Of a stretch of DNA of 64,000 nt, positions 45,307 through 53,482 are shown piece by piece. Within the stretch, counting starts at the first letter, position 1; every line of letters starts with the position of its first letter. This DNA comes from Chromatiaceae bacterium (GTDB lineage: Bacteria > Pseudomonadota > Gammaproteobacteria > Chromatiales > Chromatiaceae): NCBI GenBank assembly GCA_024235415.1, contig JACKML010000010.1:5210-69209 (forward strand). The letters run 5' to 3'. The notes under the pieces were generated by a model that did no database searches, was not told the origin of the DNA, and saw nothing but the letters and a program-made list of their open reading frames with translations. A program made the translations under genes and the position numbers.

Positions 45307-45401
45307 ATTCGTGCACGATCAGGCGGCGACCTCGTGAAACGCGATCAGCGTTGGCAATTGGCGTACCTCATTGCGAATGGGTTATACACGCGATGACGGC
45401 G

Positions 45402-46037
45402 TCAGCGCCCGGCACCCTCAACATAGTCCGCCATTTGATCGGCAAAAGGCGTACCCAGCGCCCGCAAACCCTGCACCACCCCTTCGCGATCCTGACCAGA
45501 GCGGTTCTGGCTGACCTTCCACTTGGCTTCCAGTCTCGCTATGTCGATCTCGAGGCCAACGATGGCGCCGAGCATCTTTTCCGTGAACCCGGTGGGCGCA
45601 TCGCCAACTGACCAGGGATGAGGAAACGCCGATTCCTGACGGCGCGTGAGCCGGTCCACATGCGCCTTCAGCCTATCGGGATCCTCAACCACCTGGATAG
45701 CGCCATAGACGTGGACGGCGACATAGTTCCATGTCGGCACCACCCTGCCGCCGTCCTGCTTCGAGGGGTACCAGGACGGAGTAATGTAGGCGTTGGCCCC
45801 CTGGAATATCACCAGCGCCTGCAGTTCCCCGGACACCTCGCGCCACACCGGATTCGCCCTCGCCACATGCCCGACGAGCCTGCCGTAAGGTCCCGCGTCT
45901 GCTACCAGCTCAAATGGAATGTGGTTTGCCGACAATCCGGCCGGCCCGACCGTCACGAGCGAACCCAGCGGATGCGCCACGATCAGCGCCTGGATCGCCG
46001 CGATCTCAGATTGCTCGAAGTGCTTGGGGACGTACAC
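45402..46037 (-). CDS. FMN-binding negative transcriptional regulator (PaiB family)
   Basis: YVPKHF, GHVARANP, YITPSWY, VPTWNY, and KVSQNR. Confidence 0.9.
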   Translation of the reverse strand: MYVPKHFEQSEIAAIQALIVAHPLGSLVTVGPAGLSANHIPFELVADAGPYGRLVGHVARANPVWREVSGELQALVIFQGANAYITPSWYPSKQDGGRVVPTWNYVAVHVYGAIQVVEDPDRLKAHVDRLTRRQESAFPHPWSVGDAPTGFTEKMLGAIVGLEIDIARLEAKWKVSQNRSGQDREGVVQGLRALGTPFADQMADYVEGAGR

Positions 46038-46257
46038 GGTTCTTGTGACTCCTCGTTCAATTTCGTGTCTGGCTTCGTGGCCACCGACGAGCAGCCCCAT
46101 TGGCGCAACAATGGCGACGCCATTCGCAAAAGCCGCGTGGCACAGGGCATCCGCGTGAACACAGCGAACGGGTTGACCGGAAAGTCACGTGTTTTCACGT
46201 TGCGGGCAACTGCGCGATTGCTATCGTCGGCAGCGCATTACGGCCACGCCGGCGTTG

Positions 46258-47340
46258 TTACCGCGTCGACGCAGCGCCTGGCAGACCCAGCGGGTTGTTG
46301 GGGTCGATGCCGTCCATGAACGGCTTGCGGCGGTCGCTGTGGGTCAGCTGGTAGACCAGCCCCATCCAGTTGCCGATCACCGCATGCGCAGTGTCACGCC
46401 AGGTATTGTCCAGGCCGGCAGTCAACAGTGCATCTGGGAAGTCCGGTATGGCGTCGCCGGCTGCCAATGAACGGTCCAGTCGCATCCGGTACTCACGCAG
46501 CACCGCCTCGTCGCGCGCGGTGAAATAGTTTTCGACGAACGGGGGAAACAGCGTCGTATCGCCGTTCGCGTAGCGCATGACCTCGCGCTTGTATTCTTTC
46601 AGCAGCGAGATGGTGTCGTATTCCGGATGACCCTGGAAGAATATGAAGCGAAAGCCGTCGCCACTGGTGGCGAGGTGCACCCCGACGTCGCTTTGTGCCA
46701 GCACCCGCAGCCCCGCCGCGTCGAACTGCGCGCGTGACACGTCGTTCCAGCGCGAGTGCGGCACGTCGAAGCGGGTATTCACGTCATGCACCAGCGGGTG
46801 CGCCCGATCAACGACGCGATGGGGGAAGACGCCCCAGGTCTTGAGCGGCCGCGGCGTCCTGCGCTGGCTGTAACGGAACTCCAGCACCGCGTGCGTGGCG
46901 AGGCAGCTGCACAGCGTCGATGTCACGTTGGCATAGGCCCAGTCGATCACCTCGATCAGCGGCTGCCAGAAAGGCTGTTGCGACAGGTCGGGCCCGACCA
47001 CGTTGGCACCGGTGATGATCAACGCATCGAGGCCCTGTTCCCTCACCTGCTCGAAGCTGTCGTAGAACGCGTCGACATGCCGCTGCGCCGCGGCACCGCG
47101 CGGCAACTGCGGCAGCGTGAACGGATGCACATAGAACTGGGCGATCGGATTGCTCTCACCGACCAGGCGAAAGAACTGCCGCTCGGTCGCCGCCAACGCC
47201 TTGTCCGGCATCATGTTCAACAGGCCGATGTGCAGCTCGCGGATATCCTGATGCAGCGCACGGTCGGGCGGCAGCACGTTGACCCCCTCCTCGCGCAGGC
47301 GCTGGAAGGTCGGCAGATCGTTGTGGGCGACTATCGGCAT
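46258..47340 (-). CDS. metA: Homoserine O-succinyl/acetyltransferase (MetA family)
   Basis: IGLLNMMPD, ATERQF, IITGA, CSCLA, PHSRWN, and QGHPEYD. Confidence 0.92.
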   Translation of the reverse strand: MPIVAHNDLPTFQRLREEGVNVLPPDRALHQDIRELHIGLLNMMPDKALAATERQFFRLVGESNPIAQFYVHPFTLPQLPRGAAAQRHVDAFYDSFEQVREQGLDALIITGANVVGPDLSQQPFWQPLIEVIDWAYANVTSTLCSCLATHAVLEFRYSQRRTPRPLKTWGVFPHRVVDRAHPLVHDVNTRFDVPHSRWNDVSRAQFDAAGLRVLAQSDVGVHLATSGDGFRFIFFQGHPEYDTISLLKEYKREVMRYANGDTTLFPPFVENYFTARDEAVLREYRMRLDRSLAAGDAIPDFPDALLTAGLDNTWRDTAHAVIGNWMGLVYQLTHSDRRKPFMDGIDPNNPLGLPGAASTR

Positions 47341-47344
47341 CTGA

Positions 47345-48190
47345 TTACTGGCTGCGCGCGATCGCGGTTTCCAGCAGGCCGAGGAAATCCTGCTCGTCGC
47401 GCACCTGTGCCACCTCCCTCGATGTCACGGTGTAACCCTGTTCGGCAATCGTCTCGTAACGCGGCACCCGCGAATGGAACAGGCGCGGGAACACCCAGCG
47501 GGTGAACTCATCCGGATCCATCTCTGCGGCGTAACCAAGCCCGTTCTCACCAAGATACACCTGCATCTGCTCGATCAGGAATTCCGGGCGGTAATACAAC
47601 GGCTTGGGGTCACTCTGCGCGCGCGCGATCAGCTTGCGCTCCTCCTCCTGGTCGGTCACCTGGATATAGAGCATCAGGGTGTGCTTTACCAGCAGGTCGA
47701 TCACGCCAGGGTCGTCGAGTTCGCACAGCGAACCACCGACATCGTTGACGAAGTTCTGATAGCCGTAGATCTTCTGCGCCTTGTCGATAAATGCAGGTAC
47801 GTCGTGCATCGCGGCGATCTCTGCCTCCCGGTATTGCGCCTGGCGACGCTGGAAGTCTTCCAGGGGTACGCCCCCCAGCTCCGGATTACCGAGTTTGCCG
47901 ACAAATGACAACACCGGCCCCAGGTCGGAGATCTTGATGTTGTTGCGGATGTAGATCCAGTCGTTGCGCAGCAGCTGGCTGAGGAAAGGCACCTGCATGG
48001 CCTGTTCCTTGATCAGGTCGAGAATGCTCTCGTCCAGATAGCGCGTGCCGATGCGATAGTCACCCGAATAGTGGTACCAGTCATGCCGGCGCAGCAGCGC
48101 GGACAGGTACGTCTTGCCCACGCCGGACATCCCCAGCAGGGTGACGTTCTTGTGCCTCCAGTGACGGAATTCCTCGACGGTAAACTTCAC
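47345..48190 (-). CDS. Uncharacterised P-loop ATPase/kinase-like protein
   Basis: Walker A GMSGVGKT, HYSGDYRIGTRY, GKLGNP, and PKPLYY. Confidence 0.75.
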   Translation of the reverse strand: MKFTVEEFRHWRHKNVTLLGMSGVGKTYLSALLRRHDWYHYSGDYRIGTRYLDESILDLIKEQAMQVPFLSQLLRNDWIYIRNNIKISDLGPVLSFVGKLGNPELGGVPLEDFQRRQAQYREAEIAAMHDVPAFIDKAQKIYGYQNFVNDVGGSLCELDDPGVIDLLVKHTLMLYIQVTDQEEERKLIARAQSDPKPLYYRPEFLIEQMQVYLGENGLGYAAEMDPDEFTRWVFPRLFHSRVPRYETIAEQGYTVTSREVAQVRDEQDFLGLLETAIARSQ

Positions 48191-48275
48191 GACTCGCTCC
48201 GGCTGCTCGATTCAAGCCGCGCATTATCCGTCATGCACCGCGTCGGTGGAAACCTGCCGTACGCGATCGCCGTAG

Positions 48276-49052
48276 CTATACGACCCGGCGCAGACGACCA
48301 TTCGCCGAACCGCCGGGCGCCAGATCGAAGCAGGCGCCAGGCTCGGCCACGCGATAACCCAGCGAGCGCAGACCAGCCGCTGCGGCCGGTGATTCGTAGT
48401 GATACAGCACCAGGCGCTCGCGCAGCGCCGGCGGATAGCTGGCGGCCAGGTCGGCCGAACCGGTGTGTGACGGGTTTCCGTGCAGGGCGCAGTCGTGGAA
48501 TACCACTTCGCCATTGGCGGCGAAGCGTGCCAGCACCTCGGGGATCGGCCGCGTGTCACCGGTATAGGCGAAACGCCCGTGCAGCCCGAGCCCGAATGCC
48601 GCGCGGTAACCGTGATGGCTGACCGCGAACACGTCGAACAGCAGGCCGGCGTGCCAGAAGTGCGCACCGACCGGCACCAGCTGGAAACGATCCCAGAAAT
48701 TCATTCCCCCTTCCGCCAGCTTGTAGGGGTCTTCCGCCAACTGCTGCTGCAGGCGCTCGATGATCGGCGCCGGTACATACAGGCGCACCGGCGGGGATGC
48801 CGGGCATTCGCAGGCCATACGGTAGAACAGGTTTTCCAGGCCGCCGCTGTGGTCGAGATGCGTGTGGGTGATGAAGATCGCCGTCGGCAGCTGTCTATAT
48901 CGCTCCAGGTAGGCAGGCAGCACCGTGGCACCGCAGTCGATCAGCAGCAGCGGCCGCGTCGCATCGTCTTCGAGCACCGCTGCCGCGTTGCCGAGCTCAT
49001 GCGCCGTCGCATTGCCGACGCCAAGAAAACGCAACTTCAAACCATCCGACAT
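48276..49052 (-). CDS. MBL-fold metallo-hydrolase (RNase Z-like)
   Basis: FLGVG, LIDCG, THTHLDHSGG, YTGDTR, NPSH, and LYHY. Confidence 0.88.
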   Translation of the reverse strand: MSDGLKLRFLGVGNATAHELGNAAAVLEDDATRPLLLIDCGATVLPAYLERYRQLPTAIFITHTHLDHSGGLENLFYRMACECPASPPVRLYVPAPIIERLQQQLAEDPYKLAEGGMNFWDRFQLVPVGAHFWHAGLLFDVFAVSHHGYRAAFGLGLHGRFAYTGDTRPIPEVLARFAANGEVVFHDCALHGNPSHTGSADLAASYPPALRERLVLYHYESPAAAAGLRSLGYRVAEPGACFDLAPGGSANGRLRRVV

Positions 49053-49202
49053 CAAGACCCTCCGCCCGCGATGTGCGGGCCCGATTGCTGACACGCCGTG
49101 ATCTCCGGCGAATGACGATTGAAATTATTGCATCACGATATACCCTGGCCAGTCCCGTTGCACCCCTATACTGACGCCCCGGCCGCTGTCCACAGAAGCT
49201 CC

Positions 49203-50354
49203 ATGGGATCACGCAATCTCGCCATCGTCGTCTACTGCACCATCGTCGGCTTTGCCGTGCTGTACGCGACCCAACCCCTGCTGCCGCTGCTGGCCGAGCA
49301 GTGGGGACGCCCGATCGGCGACACTGCCCTGCTGACCACCGCAACCATGATCCCACTGGCGCTGGGCCCGCTGTTGTACGGCTACGTGCTGGAGCACATG
49401 TCGACCAAACACATGCTGGGAGTCGGTTTTGCCGTGCTGACGGTGGCGCAGTTTGCGATCAGCCTCGGGCCGGACTATCCGCTGTTCTTCGTGCTGCGCA
49501 CCATCGAGGGGATGATGCTGCCGGCCATCTTCACGGCGTTGATGACCTACAGCTCGGCTGCCGGCGGCCAGCACAACACGCGCCGCAATATCACGATCTA
49601 TATCGCTGCCACGATTGCCGGCGGCTACAGCGGGCGCGTGTTCAGCGGCCTGCTGACCGACCTGTTCGACTGGCAGGCGGCTTTCCTGTTCTGGGCCTGC
49701 GCCGCACTGCTGGCAACCTGGCTGACCACACGCCTGGCATCCGACCCGCGGTTGCGCCTCGGCCGGCCGCGCCTGGTCGAGATCCGCAACCTGGCGCGCC
49801 GCCCGGTCTACGCCGAGGGACTGGCCAGCGCCTTCCTGCTGTTCTTCGTGTTCGCCGCGATGCTGAACTTCCTGCCGTTTCACATGCGTGACAACGATCC
49901 GTCCATTTCGCAGAGCGCGATCGCCCTGGTATACACCGGGTATCTGATCGGGGTGGTGATCTCGCTTGCCTCGCTGCGCCTGGTGCGGCTGTGCGGTGGT
50001 GAGCGCCGCACCCTGGTCGCCGGCAGCCTGGTGTACCTGCTGGGTACGGCGGCCTTCGCCCTGCCCGGCAACCAGTTCGCCTACCTGTCGATGCTGGTCT
50101 TCGCCGCCGGGATGTTCACGCTGCACAGCGTGCTTTCGGCCTTCCTCAACCACCTGGAGACGGAACGCAAGGGCCTGGTCAATGGTCTGTATGTATCGGC
50201 GTACTACGCCGGCGGGGCGCTCGGCTCGTATCTTCCGGGCTTCGTTTATCAACAGATCGGTTGGAACGCTTTCGTGCTGCTGCTGTTACTGCTGTTGTGC
50301 GCACTGGTCGCGCTCAGCCTGATGCTGCGGCACACACCGGCAAACGCAAAGTGA
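49203..50354 (+). CDS. MFS transporter (YnfM-like)
   Basis: LYATQPLLP, GGYSGR, and GLYVSAYYAGG, with about 12 TM segments. Confidence 0.87.
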   Translation: MGSRNLAIVVYCTIVGFAVLYATQPLLPLLAEQWGRPIGDTALLTTATMIPLALGPLLYGYVLEHMSTKHMLGVGFAVLTVAQFAISLGPDYPLFFVLRTIEGMMLPAIFTALMTYSSAAGGQHNTRRNITIYIAATIAGGYSGRVFSGLLTDLFDWQAAFLFWACAALLATWLTTRLASDPRLRLGRPRLVEIRNLARRPVYAEGLASAFLLFFVFAAMLNFLPFHMRDNDPSISQSAIALVYTGYLIGVVISLASLRLVRLCGGERRTLVAGSLVYLLGTAAFALPGNQFAYLSMLVFAAGMFTLHSVLSAFLNHLETERKGLVNGLYVSAYYAGGALGSYLPGFVYQQIGWNAFVLLLLLLLCALVALSLMLRHTPANAK

Positions 50355-50360
50355 GATCGG

Positions 50361-50930
50361 ATGTGGCGTAACAGTGCAAATGGCTACGGGCTGATTCAGA
50401 TCGTCCTGCACTGGTCGATGGCGGGCATTGTCGCCGTAATGCTGCCACTGGGCCTGTGGATGACCGGCCTGGATTATTACGACCCCTGGTACACGCGGGC
50501 GCCGGACCTGCATCGCGCGATCGGCGTGTTGTTCGGCCTGATGCTGCTCGCACGCTGGGCGTGGCGGCTGACCCAGGTGCAGCCGACCGTCCACGCCGCC
50601 ACTTCCCGGGACCAAACCGTAGCCACGCTGGTACACCGGCTGCTTTACTTCATACCGTTGTGCCTGATCATCAGTGGCTACCTGATCTCGACCGCGGACG
50701 GTCGTGCGGTCGAGGTGTTCGGCTGGTTCAGCCTACCGGCAACACTACAGGGAATCGACGGTCAGGCCGACATCGCCGGCGACATCCACTTCTTCCTGGC
50801 GATGGCATTGCTGGCCGTGATCGTGTTGCACGTGCTGGGCGCATTACGCCACCATTTCGTATACCGCGACGACACCCTGCGTCGAATGTTGCGGCCACAG
50901 ATCCCACCCAAACCCGTCAAGGAGCAGTGA
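50361..50930 (+). CDS. Cytochrome b561 (YceJ-like)
   Basis: YG...LHW, LDYYDPWY, LHRAIG, HVLGALRHH, and DDTLRRM. Confidence 0.88.
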   Translation: MWRNSANGYGLIQIVLHWSMAGIVAVMLPLGLWMTGLDYYDPWYTRAPDLHRAIGVLFGLMLLARWAWRLTQVQPTVHAATSRDQTVATLVHRLLYFIPLCLIISGYLISTADGRAVEVFGWFSLPATLQGIDGQADIAGDIHFFLAMALLAVIVLHVLGALRHHFVYRDDTLRRMLRPQIPPKPVKEQ

Positions 50931-51511
50931 TGAAAGTCCATTCCATATCCCGCCTTGCCGCCGGCATGCTGCTGTTGCTAAGCGGCGCCGCCCTCGCCTC
51001 CGACTACGTGATCGATACCAAGGGCGCCCACGCATTCGTCCAGTTTCATATCAAGCATCTCGGTTACAGCTGGCTGACCGGACGATTCAACACCTTCGGC
51101 GGTAAATTCAGTTACGACGAGGCGAACCCGGATGCCGCCAGGGTCGAGGTCACGATCGACACTGCCAGTGTCGACTCCAACCATGGCGAGCGCGACAAGC
51201 ATCTGCGCGATGACGACCTGCTCGATGTGAAGCAGTTCCCACAGGCGCATTTCGTCAGCACGTCCTACCGCGATCGTGGTGATGGCAAAGGTGAGTTGCT
51301 TGGCAACCTGACGCTGCACGGCGTCACCCGACCGATCACCATCGAGGTGAGTCACATCGGTGCCGGCTTCGACCCCTGGGGCGGCTACCGGCGCGGGTTC
51401 GAAGGCCGTACCACGTTGACCCTGGCCGACTTCGGCATCCTGCGCAATCTCGGGCCGGCGTCGAAAGAGGTCCACCTGTGGCTGGGCATCGAGGGCATCC
51501 GCGAAGAGTGA
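50930..51511 (+). CDS. YceI family protein
   Basis: YVIDTKGAHAFVQF, HLGYSWL.GRFN, SNHGERDKHLR, and DPWGGYRRGF. Confidence 0.92.
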   Translation: MKVHSISRLAAGMLLLLSGAALASDYVIDTKGAHAFVQFHIKHLGYSWLTGRFNTFGGKFSYDEANPDAARVEVTIDTASVDSNHGERDKHLRDDDLLDVKQFPQAHFVSTSYRDRGDGKGELLGNLTLHGVTRPITIEVSHIGAGFDPWGGYRRGFEGRTTLTLADFGILRNLGPASKEVHLWLGIEGIREE

Positions 51512-51530
51512 CCCACCGGCAGGAAAAGAT

Positions 51531-51604
51531 TCCCCCTCTCCCCCAGGGAGAGCGTCGCGGCGAGGGATATCCCTCGTCCTAGCCTTCTCCCGAGGGGAGA
51601 AGGA
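51531..51604. repeat. Inverted pair of REP-like palindromic units (CCCTC...CTCTCCC...GGGAGA type)
   Basis: 51531-51566 and 51571-51604 are imperfect inverted copies of each other, each with an internal hairpin. A related unit lies at 59352-59382. Confidence 0.65.
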
Positions 51605-51717
51605 AAAAGATGCAAAGATCACCCGAAGGTGAGGGAGTCCTCGCCTGCCTGCGACGCTAAAGGCGTACGCACGATTGCCGACTATGCTTTTGACTATCGA
51701 GGCATGACGGCGGCGGC

Positions 51718-52227
51718 ATGGTACTGGCGAAAAAGTGGCTGCGGACAGGGATCATTCCGATCATCGTGGCACTGGCGATGGTCGTCCTCGGGGGCTGCGC
51801 GACCGCACCCTCAGATACCACAAGACCCACACACGACAGCCGGTCACATGCAGTGTCAAACACACGCCACGCGGTCGTAGACGCGGCCCGGCAGGCGATC
51901 GGCACGCCCTACCGCTACGGCGGCGATTCACCACGTGGCTTCGACTGCAGTGGGCTGGTGCAATACGCCCACCGCCAGGTCGGTGTCCGCATACCGCGCA
52001 CCACTGACTCGCAATGGCGCAGCGCGCGCTCGCCGCATCGCCGCTACCTGCTTCCCGGCGACGTCCTGTTCTTCAGCCTCGGTGCAGACAAGGACCGGCA
52101 TGTCGGCATCTACGAAGGCGGAGGCGTGTTCATCCACGCCCCTTCATCGGGCAAACGGGTCAGTCGCGCATCACTCGACAACCCGTACTGGCAAGACCAC
52201 CTGGTGGCAGCCAAGACCTTTCTCTAG
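51718..52227 (+). CDS. NlpC/P60 (C40) peptidase lipoprotein
   Basis: LGGC lipobox, GTPYRYGG, GFDCSGL, HVGIY, and FIHAPS. Confidence 0.92.
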   Translation: MVLAKKWLRTGIIPIIVALAMVVLGGCATAPSDTTRPTHDSRSHAVSNTRHAVVDAARQAIGTPYRYGGDSPRGFDCSGLVQYAHRQVGVRIPRTTDSQWRSARSPHRRYLLPGDVLFFSLGADKDRHVGIYEGGGVFIHAPSSGKRVSRASLDNPYWQDHLVAAKTFL

Positions 52228-53414
52228 CCAAGAAACCCGGCGAAGTGCCGTTCAATGTCGACGTGACGCGCACTGTAGGTGGTGCCGACCTTTTGTATCT
52301 CGGCAATGTGATCGGTGCTGTCCATCAGGCGTACGTGTGCCGAATCGACATCGGGAAGGCCAAGCTGGCTGATCCCCTCGGGCGTGACGTCAGGGTCATA
52401 GCGCACATAGGAAAACAGCCTGCCACTGGTGCTGCCCGCCTCCACTGCCAGATCTCCAAACTCCCGATCGATCTCGCTGCCGAAGCGGCATTCACCGATC
52501 GTGCGGCACGCCATGTCCCAGCCATCGACTGCCGCGTTCATCAACGCCGACGGGATGTTCTTGGCGTGATCGAGCAGCCACAGGTCGTCGGCCTGCAGGT
52601 CCATTCGGGCATTGGCCGCCTTGCCGGTACCCACCGAGACCACGAACAACTTGTCACTGCCGGTGGCCCAGTTGATCCCGTAAGGCGCGGCAGTGGCCAT
52701 CTGGAACGCGAGATAGGCAGGGTTGTTGTAGGTGGTCACGCCGCCATCGACAAACACGAACTGGTACTCGCGCTCGGTGCCCTCGGCAAAGGTAACGACC
52801 TCCGGCGGAAAGAATGTCGGTGCCGCGGTGCTGGCACGCACCAGCTGCCATAGCGGCAGGTCGAGATTGCAGTCCAGGCGCGGCGTCCCGTCGTCACGTA
52901 CGCGCTGATTGTAGCGGCCACCGGGGTTGTTGCTGACGGGCCAGGGTGAATCGGTCGTGTGGTTGCGCAACACCATCATCAGCAGCGTGCGCAGACCATC
53001 GTCGCCGAGCGTTGCATGCGGCTGCCCGTCACGCGCCGCATAGCCGAGCGCCCTGTCGAGTTCGGTTTGCAGCATGCGCGCCAGTGGCTCGTCGTTGTAG
53101 CTGTAACGCAGGCGTTTGAGCAGCGAGGCCTTGTCGAACATATCCTTGCCGCTGTCCACGTAGAACTGCCGTACCTGGTCGACCGACATGCCACAGGCGA
53201 TGCAGGCAGCGATGATCGCGCCGGTACTGGTGCCGCAGGTGAAGTCGAACCAGTCGGCCAGGACCAGCTGCGGATTCCCGGTCAACCGGCGCAAGTCCCG
53301 TTCGATGGTGCCCAGAATCTCAACCGACATCATGCCGAGGATCCCGCCACCGTCGCATGCCAGGATCTTCTTCGCGCCCGGTGCAGCAATTCGTTCACGT
53401 AGCCTTTCTTGCAT
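52224..53414 (-). CDS. Patatin-like phospholipase
   Basis: DGGGILG oxyanion loop, GTSTG nucleophile, ASTAAPTFF, and DGGV...NNP catalytic Asp. Alternative start at 53468. Confidence 0.93.
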   Translation of the reverse strand: MQERLRERIAAPGAKKILACDGGGILGMMSVEILGTIERDLRRLTGNPQLVLADWFDFTCGTSTGAIIAACIACGMSVDQVRQFYVDSGKDMFDKASLLKRLRYSYNDEPLARMLQTELDRALGYAARDGQPHATLGDDGLRTLLMMVLRNHTTDSPWPVSNNPGGRYNQRVRDDGTPRLDCNLDLPLWQLVRASTAAPTFFPPEVVTFAEGTEREYQFVFVDGGVTTYNNPAYLAFQMATAAPYGINWATGSDKLFVVSVGTGKAANARMDLQADDLWLLDHAKNIPSALMNAAVDGWDMACRTIGECRFGSEIDREFGDLAVEAGSTSGRLFSYVRYDPDVTPEGISQLGLPDVDSAHVRLMDSTDHIAEIQKVGTTYSARHVDIERHFAGFLG

Positions 53415-53482
53415 TTCGATTGTCCCCGCTGTACGGCCGCCCCTTGGGTCGGCATGGAGCTTAAGCATAGGTGAGCTATGCG

